NCBI GenBank assembly: GCA_046075565.1
Contig: JBJTQJ010000066.1
Location: forward strand, 1-42,689
Length of the DNA: 42,689 bases
Direction: 5' to 3'
Source: Verrucomicrobiales bacterium
Lineage (GTDB): Bacteria; Verrucomicrobiota; Verrucomicrobiia; Verrucomicrobiales; SLCJ01
Shown here: positions 1-8,677 of the stretch, in pieces
How positions within the stretch are numbered: position 1 is the stretch's first letter
Layout: each line of letters starts with the position of its first letter
The notes under the pieces: generated by a model
Seen by the model: the letters and a program-made list of their open reading frames with translations, nothing else
Databases searched by the model: none
What the model was told of the DNA's origin: nothing
Made by a program: the position numbers and the translations under genes

Positions 1-55
1 TGCCACCGAACGGCGTCACGGGCTTGTCGGAATACTCAATCGGCAAGTTCACCAT
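1..55 (-). CDS. IS1380-family transposase, N-terminal 18 codons (partial)
   Basis: ATG at 55; hand translation MVNLPIEYSDKPVTPFGG, open to the window edge. Not in the ORF track because it is truncated. Confidence 0.65.
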   Translation of the reverse strand, partial: MVNLPIEYSDKPVTPFGG

Positions 56-137
56 ACCGGTGATTATGCCATGCCCACCAAGCCCTTGTCACCACTTATC
101 GCAAGCCTTTCATCTGCACCCTACTGCATAATCCGGG
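1..137 (-). mobile_element. Left end of a probable IS1380-family insertion sequence (runs off the window)
   Basis: Minus-strand ORF start MVNLPIEYSDKPVTPFGG resembles IS1380 transposase N-termini. The element end reads CCCGGATTATGCA (137-125), similar to IS1380-type terminal inverted repeats. Confidence 0.65.
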
Positions 138-140
138 TTC

Positions 141-422
141 ATGAAACATTCAGACCTCGACACCCTGCTCCGCTCCGCCGGCTCGGCTGCCCCCGTGCCC
201 GAGGATTTCCAGCGCGCGGTCTGGCGGCGTATCGAAGCCCGGGAAAACGAAACACCGCCTGCTCCCCGCTTTGCTGGAGCCAGCACCTTCCGCTGGGCTT
301 CCCTCGCTGCCATGGCGGCGACTATCCTTCTTGGCGCATGGCTCGGCCTTCAATCCCGACCCGATGGCAATCAAGCCAAAGCCGAATATGTGCGGTCCAT
401 CAGTCCGTTTGTTCACCGCTGA
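141..422 (+). CDS. Small single-TM protein, probable anti-sigma factor (CnrY-like position)
   Basis: 93 aa with DFQRAVWRRI in the N-terminal part and one hydrophobic helix (ASLAAMAATILLGAWLGL). First gene of a three-gene ECF module. Confidence 0.7.
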   Translation: MKHSDLDTLLRSAGSAAPVPEDFQRAVWRRIEARENETPPAPRFAGASTFRWASLAAMAATILLGAWLGLQSRPDGNQAKAEYVRSISPFVHR

Positions 423-427
423 AGGTC

Positions 428-898
428 ATGAAACGCGCGCTCATCTTGTTGCTGGCGGCCCTGTTGGCGGGCCTGCTCGCTTATACCGGAGTGAGGTTCT
501 GGCCATCGGCTCCGGCCCGCGCTGGTATTCTGCTCGATGAGATGAACGAATTGTTCTGGCTCCGGCAGGAGTTGGGATTGACGGACGCGCAGATTGAAGC
601 GGTCGCCAAGGTCCATCATGAGTATCGACCGAAGTGCGAAGAAATGTGCGCGCGAATCCATGAAGCGGACGAGAAACTAACCCGCTTGGCCGCGGACAGC
701 AGAACGATGACTCCGGAGCTTTCTGCCGCCATCCACGAGGCCGCACGCGTGCGGGCCGAATGTCAGGAGGCGATGATCGGCCATCTCCATCAGACGGCAG
801 CTTTGCTGGAACCCGCCCAGGCCGAAAAATATCTCGCTGCCATGCTGCCGTTGGCCTTGGGCACCTCCACCCCGGAATCCGGACATGCCGGCCATTGA
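428..898 (+). CDS. Periplasmic heavy-metal sensor-like protein (CnrX/Spy/CpxP-like)
   Basis: Start reassigned to MKRALILLLAALLAG (N-terminal anchor). Contains WLRQELGLTDAQ, HHEYRPKCEEMC, ECQEAMIGHLH and LLEPAQ helical motifs. Confidence 0.75.
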   Translation: MKRALILLLAALLAGLLAYTGVRFWPSAPARAGILLDEMNELFWLRQELGLTDAQIEAVAKVHHEYRPKCEEMCARIHEADEKLTRLAADSRTMTPELSAAIHEAARVRAECQEAMIGHLHQTAALLEPAQAEKYLAAMLPLALGTSTPESGHAGH

Positions 899-1475
899 CC
901 CCGAGAACCCCACCGATCACAGCGAGGTCATGCTCCGACTCGTCGCGGGGGATGACCACGCGCTCGACGTGCTGATGGAAAGATGGAAGGTGCCTCTCAT
1001 TTCGTTCCTGCTCCGGATGACCAATGATTCCACGGTGGCGGGGGACCTTGCCCAGGAGACATTCGTGCGACTTTATCTGGCCCGAGATAGATATCGTCCG
1101 AGCGGGAAGTTCTCGACCTATCTATTCACCATCGCTTCGAATCTCGCGCGCAATCACTTTCGTTTTGCCAAACGCCATCCGGCGGTTTCGTTCGATGATA
1201 CCCGGGAGCATGCGGAGACCGGCGTTCGTGAAGCGGTCGATCCGGGACGCAACGCCTCCGAGACGACCGTAGGCAAGGAGCGGGAAAAGGAAATCCTCGC
1301 GGCCATCGCTTCCTTGCCGGAAGACCAGCGCGAGGCGATCACCCTTTGCCTGATGGATGATTTTCCCATCGCGGAAATCGCCGCCATCATGGGCTGCAAT
1401 GAAAAGGCGGTGGACAACAAACTCAACCGCGGGCGCCAGCGGCTGCGGGAGAAACTAAAACATTTGCTAGGATAG
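885..1475 (+). CDS. ECF sigma-70 family RNA polymerase sigma factor
   Basis: Region 2 (DLAQETFVRLY, FSTYLFTIASNLARN) and region 4 (LPEDQREAITL...EIAAIMGCNEKAV). Confidence 0.92.
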   Translation: MPAIDPENPTDHSEVMLRLVAGDDHALDVLMERWKVPLISFLLRMTNDSTVAGDLAQETFVRLYLARDRYRPSGKFSTYLFTIASNLARNHFRFAKRHPAVSFDDTREHAETGVREAVDPGRNASETTVGKEREKEILAAIASLPEDQREAITLCLMDDFPIAEIAAIMGCNEKAVDNKLNRGRQRLREKLKHLLG

Positions 1476-1478
1476 CTC

Positions 1479-2171
1479 TTAGCGATCGTTCGATCGGGCT
1501 TGGAGGAAAATCAGGACGTAGTAGAGAAGTTGTCCGATGGAGGCGAGGGCGGCCACGGTGTAAGTCATGGCGGCCCAGAAAAGGGCGTTTTTCGCCTTCT
1601 CGTGGGAAAGGCCGGTGGCAACACCACTTTGTTCGAGCCAGACGAGGGCGCGGCGGCTGGCGTCGAATTCGACCGGAAGGGTAACGAGGGCGAAGATGGT
1701 GGTGGCCGAAAAAAGAATGATGCCCGCGAGGAGGAGAGTGGTTCCGCCCCCGGCGGCGAGACCGGCGATGCCGGCCATGAGCAGCCAGGGGGCGAGATTG
1801 CTCCCGAGTTGCACCACCGGGACCAGACTGGAGCGCATCGCGAGCATCGGGTAGGCCGTGGCATGCTGGACGGCATGGCCGCACTCGTGCGCGGCCACGG
1901 CGGCAGCGGCCACGCTGTTCAGATGGTAAACCGGCTGGCTCAGGTTGACCGTTTTGTCCGCCGGATTGTAGTGGTCGGTGAGCGCTCCGGGGGTGCTGAT
2001 GACTTTGACATCCCGGATACCATTCTGGGCCAACATACGTTCGGCCACCTCGCGTCCGGAGAAAGGCAGTGCCATCTGCGAATACTCGTTGAAGCGCCGC
2101 CGGAGCATGACTCCGACGAGGTGGCTGAGCAACATCGAGCCGCCGATGATGATGATGTAAAGGGGATCCAT
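1479..2171 (-). CDS. Membrane zinc metallopeptidase (YugP-like neutral zinc peptidase)
   Basis: LTDHYNP, AVAAHECGHAVQH (HExxH), VTLPVEFDASRRA and AAMTY motifs. Start set at MDPLY. Confidence 0.88.
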   Translation of the reverse strand: MDPLYIIIIGGSMLLSHLVGVMLRRRFNEYSQMALPFSGREVAERMLAQNGIRDVKVISTPGALTDHYNPADKTVNLSQPVYHLNSVAAAAVAAHECGHAVQHATAYPMLAMRSSLVPVVQLGSNLAPWLLMAGIAGLAAGGGTTLLLAGIILFSATTIFALVTLPVEFDASRRALVWLEQSGVATGLSHEKAKNALFWAAMTYTVAALASIGQLLYYVLIFLQARSNDR

Positions 2172-2334
2172 GGTTCGGGATGGGGGGTGGTCGCCGGAAT
2201 TTTGAAGCGAAAACAACGTCCCGCCATCGAAAAAACGCCTCCCGGAGCCCGCGGGATGTTGAAAAAGATGGCCCAACGCGAAGAGGAAGGTGGACGAAAC
2301 CCGCCGGATCGTTTAGATGAAGTGGAATTCAACC

Positions 2335-3141
2335 ATGGACCGGGCCCTGCAGTTCTTCCTAGCGCACTGGCGAAGCGGATTTGAGATCCTCATTCTCACC
2401 GTCCTGCTCTACCAGATTTTCGCCGGTTTCAAGGCGACCAAAGCCGCGCGCATCGGCCTCGGCATCCTGATCCTGATTGCCACGCTTTATTTGCTGACCA
2501 ATCTGCTCAAACTGCCCGTCATCGGCCTCGTGCTGAACGGCGTCCTCTACATGGTCGGCACCGGTCTGGTCGTTCTATTCCAACCGGAATTGCGCCGCTT
2601 GCTGGAAAAGGTCGCCTCGCGCTTCATCGCCTTTTCGGAAAAGAAGAGCGACTTCCTCGTGCTCTTCCAAGACACCGTCGCCACCCTCGCCAACAAACGT
2701 TTCGGGGCTCTTTTCGCCTTCGAGCGGGGCATCGACCTCGATGCCGTCGCGGAAACAGGCGTGGCCTTGGATGCCATGTTTTCCAAGGAACTGATGCTGA
2801 CGGTCTTCCACCCCAAGACGGCGCTCCACGATGGCGGGGTCATCATCAAGTCCGAGCGTGTCATCGCCGCCGGTTGTGTCTTTCCCCTCACGCAGCGCCA
2901 GATGATCGATCGCAGCATCGGTCTGCGCCACCGGGCGGGATTGGGCATCGCCGAGGAAACAGACGCCATTTGCGTCATTATCTCCGAGGAGACTGGAGGT
3001 GTTTCCATCTGCAAGGGAGGAAAAATCGAACAGAATGTCCGCATCTCCGACCTTGTCCGCAGGCTGGAAGCCCTGCTCGGCGGAGAAACCGCTCCCCCAA
3101 CGAATCCCGGCCATGAATCTAAAACGACTCTTCCTGCATAA
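2335..3141 (+). CDS. cdaA: Diadenylate cyclase CdaA/DacA (three TM helices plus DAC domain)
   Basis: LVVLFQPELRRLLE, LHDGGVII, GLRHRAGLG and ISEETG motifs. Start could also be 2317. Confidence 0.9.
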   Translation: MDRALQFFLAHWRSGFEILILTVLLYQIFAGFKATKAARIGLGILILIATLYLLTNLLKLPVIGLVLNGVLYMVGTGLVVLFQPELRRLLEKVASRFIAFSEKKSDFLVLFQDTVATLANKRFGALFAFERGIDLDAVAETGVALDAMFSKELMLTVFHPKTALHDGGVIIKSERVIAAGCVFPLTQRQMIDRSIGLRHRAGLGIAEETDAICVIISEETGGVSICKGGKIEQNVRISDLVRRLEALLGGETAPPTNPGHESKTTLPA

Positions 3142-3268
3142 CTGGGAGGCCAAACTTGTCTGCCTCATCCTTGCTACCGCCATCTGGTGGGTGCTGCGCT
3201 ACTACGTGATCAGCGGGCCGGGCGGACTCGGCACCACCCCCGCCGCCGAGGGCCAGACCAAACCTTGA
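3113..3268 (+). CDS. 51-aa membrane peptide resembling the CdaR/YbbR N-terminal anchor
   Basis: MNLKRLFLHNWEAKLVCLILATAIWWVL overlaps the cdaA 3' end and matches the NWxxKxxSLxxAxxLW pattern of CdaR N-termini. No YbbR domains follow. Confidence 0.65.
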   Translation: MNLKRLFLHNWEAKLVCLILATAIWWVLRYYVISGPGGLGTTPAAEGQTKP

Positions 3269-3489
3269 GCCCGGTCAGAAACCGCCTCTTTCCGCTTTGG
3301 CACGAACGCGACTCATTCGGTGGAGAATGCGCCGCAAATGGCCAGAAATCGACCGCTTGGTCTTAAAATTCAAGATCCGGGGAATTTTCTTCGCCAATTG
3401 CCGCGAAGTTTGACAAAAAACAGGAAGACATCCCTGCACACTGCGTAAGATAAACCGAGCGAGTTCCCGCTCAACACCCCGATTTCCGG

Positions 3490-5217
3490 ATGCCCGCGTT
3501 GAAAGTCCAGATGATTCGCGATACCGCGCGTCGGTTTCGCGAGGCGCTCCGTATGTTGGCGCGCTCGCCCCAGGGCTCGTCGGCCAAGAGGTTTGCCCTC
3601 CTGCTGCTTGTTTTGATGCTGGCCGTCAACGGACTGAATGTCATCAACAGCTACGTCGGGCGGGATTTCATGTCGTCCATCGAAAACAGCAATCCCGACG
3701 CTTTCCTCCGTTATGCCCTGATCTACGTGGGCGTCTTCGCAGGTTCCACCCTGGTCGGCGTGTTTTACCGTTTTTGCGAGGAACGCATCGGCTTGCTCTG
3801 GCGCGAGCAACTCACCTGGGATTTCGCAAAAGCCTACGTTGAGGACCGAACCTACTACCGTCTTGATAGCTCGGGGGGAATCCGCAATCCCGACCAGCGC
3901 ATCACCGATGACGTGCGGGCCTTCACCACGACTTCCCTATCTTTTACGCTGCTGCTCATCAACGGCACGGTCACCGCGCTTTCCTTCTCGGGTGTGCTCT
4001 GGTCGATCAGTCCTTTGCTTTTTACAGTGGCGGTTGTTTACGCCATTTGCGGAAGCGCCATCACCATCCTCTACGGGCGACCTCTGATCCGGTTGAACTA
4101 CAACCAGCTCGATATGGAAGCCAACTTCCGCGCCGATCTCATCCACATCCGGGAAAATTCCGAATCCATCGCCCTAGCCCACCGCGAAGGCAGGTTCAGC
4201 AAACGGCTCGACAAGCATCTGCGCGAACTGGCCGGCAATTACCGCCGCATCATCGGAGTCAACCGCAACCTCGGTTTCTTCACCACTGGATACAACTATC
4301 TCATCCAGATCATCCCGGCGCTCATCGTCGCGCCCCTTTTCATGCGCGGCGATTTCGAGTTCGGCGTGATCACGCAATCGGCGATGGCCTTCGGAACCTT
4401 GCTCGGGGCCTTCTCAATCATCGTCACCCAATTCCAATCCATCTCCGCTTTCGCGGCGGTCACGGCCCGGCTCTTCGTGCTGCGGGAAGGCATGGAGAAA
4501 GCCCGGCACGAGGAGAAATGCGCCATCCTCAACGAGGAATCGCCGGATACCATCCGCTTCGAAAAGGTGACCCTAAGATCCGCGGACGGCTCGCGCCTGC
4601 TCGTGCAAGACCTCAATGTCGTCTTCCAAGCCGGTTCACGATGGGTGATCACTGGTCCCGAAGACGCGCCCAAGGTCGCACTCTTCCGCGCCGCCGCCTC
4701 CATCTGGGACTGCGGGGAAGGCCGGATCCTGCGCCCTAGTCTTGAGGAAACCCTCTTCCTGCCCGAACGCCCCTACCTTCCTCCCGGTTGTCTTCGCGAA
4801 ATCCTCGTGCGCACCAACATGGAAAATATCGTGCCCGATGAGGAAATCATGGCCGTGCTGCAGCGACTCGAACTGGGTGAGCTTGTCGCGCGCGTCGGCG
4901 GTCTGGGTTCGGATCAGGATTGGGATGATCTGCTCTCCATCGGCGAGCAACACATGCTCTCGGTTGCCCGCATCCTGCTCGCCCGCCCGGCCTTTGTTTT
5001 TCTCGATCGGCCGGGCAGTTCCCTGCCGAAATCCCAAATCGCGGCTGTTCTCGAGCTCTTCCGCGAACGTTCCATCGGTTGCATCGTGCTCGCCAAGAAT
5101 GGTGAATCCCAACTCCGCTACGACCATGCACTCGATCTCAATGGCGACGGCCACTGGTCGGTGCGCCAGAAGCTCAAACGCGACACCGAAGAGCAGCTCG
5201 CTGATGTCGGATGTTGA
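3490..5217 (+). CDS. YddA/BacA-type ABC transporter (TMD plus NBD) with degenerate ATPase motifs
   Basis: NPDQRITDD, EANFR (EAA-like), FLPERPYLP and LSIGEQ motifs. The Walker A position reads GPEDAPKVAL and Walker B reads FVFLDRPGSSL. Confidence 0.85.
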   Translation: MPALKVQMIRDTARRFREALRMLARSPQGSSAKRFALLLLVLMLAVNGLNVINSYVGRDFMSSIENSNPDAFLRYALIYVGVFAGSTLVGVFYRFCEERIGLLWREQLTWDFAKAYVEDRTYYRLDSSGGIRNPDQRITDDVRAFTTTSLSFTLLLINGTVTALSFSGVLWSISPLLFTVAVVYAICGSAITILYGRPLIRLNYNQLDMEANFRADLIHIRENSESIALAHREGRFSKRLDKHLRELAGNYRRIIGVNRNLGFFTTGYNYLIQIIPALIVAPLFMRGDFEFGVITQSAMAFGTLLGAFSIIVTQFQSISAFAAVTARLFVLREGMEKARHEEKCAILNEESPDTIRFEKVTLRSADGSRLLVQDLNVVFQAGSRWVITGPEDAPKVALFRAAASIWDCGEGRILRPSLEETLFLPERPYLPPGCLREILVRTNMENIVPDEEIMAVLQRLELGELVARVGGLGSDQDWDDLLSIGEQHMLSVARILLARPAFVFLDRPGSSLPKSQIAAVLELFRERSIGCIVLAKNGESQLRYDHALDLNGDGHWSVRQKLKRDTEEQLADVGC

Positions 5218-5256
5218 GCAAGGAGAGCAACAGGAAACCCATGGCAAGTGGATCAC

Positions 5257-6291
5257 TCAATCACCTGGCTGTGCCCGGGGATTTTCCGCCGCTTCCGAGA
5301 ATTCACCCAACCGCGACATCACGGCTGCGTAACTTGAAATGGCTTGGAACTGGGTGATGATTAGCGACAAGGCCCCGAGCAGGGTCGCGAAGGCCATGGC
5401 CGACTGGCTGATGACTCCGAATTCCACTTCTCCCCGCATGAACAACGGGGCCACAATCAAAGCCGGGATGAGCTGGATCATGTAGTTGTAGCCGGTGGTG
5501 AAAAACGACAGATTCCGGTTCACCGCGATGATGTTCCGGAGATTGGAGACAAGCGCGTCAATTCGCCCCATGAGGCGTTGGCGCACATCGGATTCCCTTC
5601 CCTCTTTGGCGATGGCGTCGGCCTTTTCCTGGGTATGGATGAGTTCGGCACGGAAATCCGCCTCCCGGTCGGCCTGCTGGTAGTTGAGCCGCACCAACGG
5701 ACGTCCGAGCCAGACCGTGAGCGAAGAACCGGCGACAGCATACAACACGGCGACCAGAAAGAGCTTCGGGCTGATGGTCCAGAGCACACTGGAGAATGAA
5801 ATCGCGGCCATGGTGCCATTCAGGATCATGAGCAGGAACGAAAGCGTGGTGGTAGTGAGTTGCCGGACATCTTCGGTGATGCGTTGGTCGGGGTTGCTCA
5901 CCGCACCATCCCCGGAGAATTTCAAATAAAGCTTGTTGTCGATGTAGAAGCCGGTGATGCTCCGGGTCAACCAATCGCGCCAGAGCAAGCCGAGCCGCTC
6001 CTCGCAGAAGCGGAAAAGAACCCCCACGAGGGTCGATGCGGCGAAGACACCGGCATAAAGCCAGGCGAAACGCGTGAAGCCATCCGTATTCTTACTCTCG
6101 ATGGCCGACATGAAGTATCGACCGACATAACTGTTGGCAATGTTCATGCCGTTGATACCGAGCATGAGAACAAGCAAAGCCACCAGCAACCAGCGGGCCT
6201 GCCCTCCCGCCGGCGATTTGAGAAAACTTGCCACCGACCTGAACAGTCGGCCCCAAGTCTTGCGGGTGGGAGCATTGCTGGGCTCGGTCAT
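5257..6291 (-). CDS. SbmA/BacA-like transporter, membrane domain only (paralog of 3490-5217)
   Basis: Shares NSYVGR, RFCEER, NPDQRIT, FFTTGYNY and EFGVI with the neighbour and ends right after the TMD. Start set at MTEPSN. Confidence 0.85.
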   Translation of the reverse strand: MTEPSNAPTRKTWGRLFRSVASFLKSPAGGQARWLLVALLVLMLGINGMNIANSYVGRYFMSAIESKNTDGFTRFAWLYAGVFAASTLVGVLFRFCEERLGLLWRDWLTRSITGFYIDNKLYLKFSGDGAVSNPDQRITEDVRQLTTTTLSFLLMILNGTMAAISFSSVLWTISPKLFLVAVLYAVAGSSLTVWLGRPLVRLNYQQADREADFRAELIHTQEKADAIAKEGRESDVRQRLMGRIDALVSNLRNIIAVNRNLSFFTTGYNYMIQLIPALIVAPLFMRGEVEFGVISQSAMAFATLLGALSLIITQFQAISSYAAVMSRLGEFSEAAENPRAQPGD

Positions 6292-6433
6292 CGTTCGGCA
6301 CACTACACGCGGGTCAACCCGGATGGCGAGAAAATTGACAGGGTTTCCACCAAACCGAAACAACCGGAATGCATTGAATCGGTCTTTCGCGCCTCCCCGG
6401 TCTCGTGACCATGCCGAGCAAAGCTCCGGGAAT

Positions 6434-7435
6434 TCACCCCTTCGGCGGCAAAAGATACAGGCCCATGGCAAAAACCAGGTAAACCATCAGGATAAGGACC
6501 CCGGTGAACCAGGTGGAGCGCCCACTGTTGGTCACCAGCGCGGCGGTGAGAGTGGCGATGCCCATCATCACCACGGCACCCGGCCAGAATTGCAGATCCA
6601 TGGGAACCGGACCGAGGACGTGGCTGAGCAGGACCAGGACCGGCGCGACAAAAAGGGCAATCTGGACCGCGCTGCCAAGAGCGATCCCCACACTGAGGTC
6701 GAGACGATCCTTCCGGGCGGCGGAAAAGGCCGCCCCCATCTCGGCCGCTCCTCCTACCAGGGCGACGACAATGAACCCAACGAAGGCCGGGCTCATGCCA
6801 AAACTGACGGATGCCACCTGCACAAATTCCACGAACACCTCGCTGACCAGAGCGACCAGCACGGTGACCCCAGCCAGAACACCCAGCGCCAAGCCAACCG
6901 GCCAGGGTTCTTCTTCCTTGATTTCCCCGTGCCGGCCATGCTCGTCGGCCATCATTTCCTTGTGGATCTTGAGGGAAAACAACATGCCCAGCCCGTAGGT
7001 CGTAATGAGCAGAATGGAGAGACCGACGCTTAGCTCCACGTTCATCATGGAGGAAACCGCCGGGTCGGTCATGGCGACGCCGGAAGGAACCAACATGGCC
7101 ACCGTGGCGAGGAACAACAAACCCGCCTGCACGCGCGCGCCGACCCGGTTGTATTCCTGCACATGATGCTTCAATCCCCCGAGCAAGAAGGAAGCGCCTA
7201 ACATGAACAATGTGGTGGTGGGAGCGAGGCCCCCGAAACCAACGGTGGCGACGGTCATGACACAGAAGTAAAGCGAATCCACCCAGCCCCAACCTTCCAC
7301 CCAGTGGTAGAAACACATCCCGATGCCGAGGAGGCCGGATAAGAGCACACCTATGGCAGCGGAATCGGGATCGGCACGCAGTCCGCGCCAGAGGTTGCGG
7401 AAATGCATCAGAATGTGGATGAAGATTCGGAACAT
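6434..7435 (-). other. In-frame chimera: potassium-channel N-terminus (TM1 plus pore helix/filter) fused to the C-terminal part of a CAX Ca2+/H+ exchanger
   Basis: N-part GWGWVDSLYFCVMTVATVGFGGLAPTT. C-part LFMLGASFLLGGLKHHVQEYN...VALVGGAAEM...IALGSAVQIALFVAP. Junction at ~7208-7213. Confidence 0.7.
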
Positions 7436-7446
7436 AAGTGTCGGAG

Positions 7447-7630
7447 TCAACCGAACAGCACGATGGCAAGGATTTGGGCGGACAAAATGCGCAGGAGCGT
7501 GGTGAGCGGGTAAACGGTGGCATAAGCGACCGTTGGTGCCTCGCTCTTGCAGATGCCACTGGCGAAGGCAAGGGCGGGAGGATCGGTCATGCTCCCGGCG
7601 GGCAATCCGCTCAGGTCGGCGTAGTTGGTT
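7447..7630 (-). pseudogene. C-terminal remnant of a YidE/YbjL/AspT-family transporter
   Basis: Hand translation [60 protein letters not shown] matches the YidE C-terminal signature [12 protein letters not shown]...YATVYPL. No upstream part is present. Confidence 0.8.
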
Positions 7631-8624
7631 CCATAAGGATCTTCATCTGCACCATTTGCGGATCAAAGAGACGATGTGGAGCGGAACCCGCACGTTCGGC
7701 ATGAAAAGGGCCAAGATCCATGATTGCGAGTTTGTCGATGCAGGCGGCCGGTGGGAAAAGGGGCGACCGGGTGTCAAAGGTGGAATTACCGGGGGCGGAA
7801 TCTTCGCTGTTTGGATGAGCGAGTGCGAGATCTTCAATAACCGGTTCACCCGCACCCGCATGGCGAAAGAGCATGAGTTCTACGGCATCAAGGTGCGACA
7901 GGCCAAACAATGCCGGGTGCATCACAACGCCATCGAAGTGAATTTCAGCATGGAATTCCCGTTTGAGAATGACGAGGACAACGAAATCGACCACAACGTT
8001 TGCCACGGCACCATCTTGATCCCCAAGCACGCCGGCGGCCCTGTCCCCAAGAGCGGGAAGACCTTTCGTATCCATCACAATTACTTCAAAGACAGCTACA
8101 GTATCGAGTTTGTGAGGAACGGCGTGGAGATTGATCACAACTTGTTTGACTTCGATCCGAATGCGGACCACGGCAATCTCATCTCGGGATTTGGCTCCGC
8201 CAGTGCCCGAGGTCCCGCGGTATTCCACAACAACATGGTAAGCACTCCGGGTCGCGGGGTCATCTGGATCAACGAGGTGTTCAACAACCTGACGGTGCGG
8301 AACAATCATATCATCACCCGAACCACCAAGACACCGAGGCGGGAAGGTCTCTTCGGGTTTATCGCGAAGTGCGATTTCAAAACCATTTCCATCAAAGAAA
8401 ATTTGATCGAATGCCACGGCGAGCCCCGCCCCTTGCTTCGGTGCAAGGAAAGCTATGAGAGCGTGGTCGAGAATAACACCCTGCTCAACATTGCCGATGC
8501 AGAAAAGCTGGGGAACCCCAATACCGGACGAACCATCGGGCTGGAAGAGCCCTTGATGTTCGAGTGCGGGGCGAATGGTGAATTCGCCGTGAGTGGGTGG
8601 AAGATCAGTGCCACCAAGAAGTGG
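7626..8624 (+). pseudogene. 5'-truncated right-handed parallel beta-helix repeat protein
   Basis: Repeated IHHN/IDHN/FHNN/VRNN strands. The first ~30 codons of ORF 7533 are antisense YidE sequence. The ORF reads through TGG at 8622-8624 into the antisense of the FHA gene. Confidence 0.6.
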
Positions 8625-8677
8625 CCGGCACATGACAGGCTGGACGCTTCGCAGAGCGGGAGATTCCCGGTTTCCCG

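Noticed and set aside
71..427. N-terminal 119 codons of ORF 71-898
   Set aside because: They overlap the IS end and the anti-sigma gene. The anchor sequence begins at ATG 428.
3297..3313. Possible sigma54 promoter TTGGCACG
   Set aside because: No TTGC at the -12 position.
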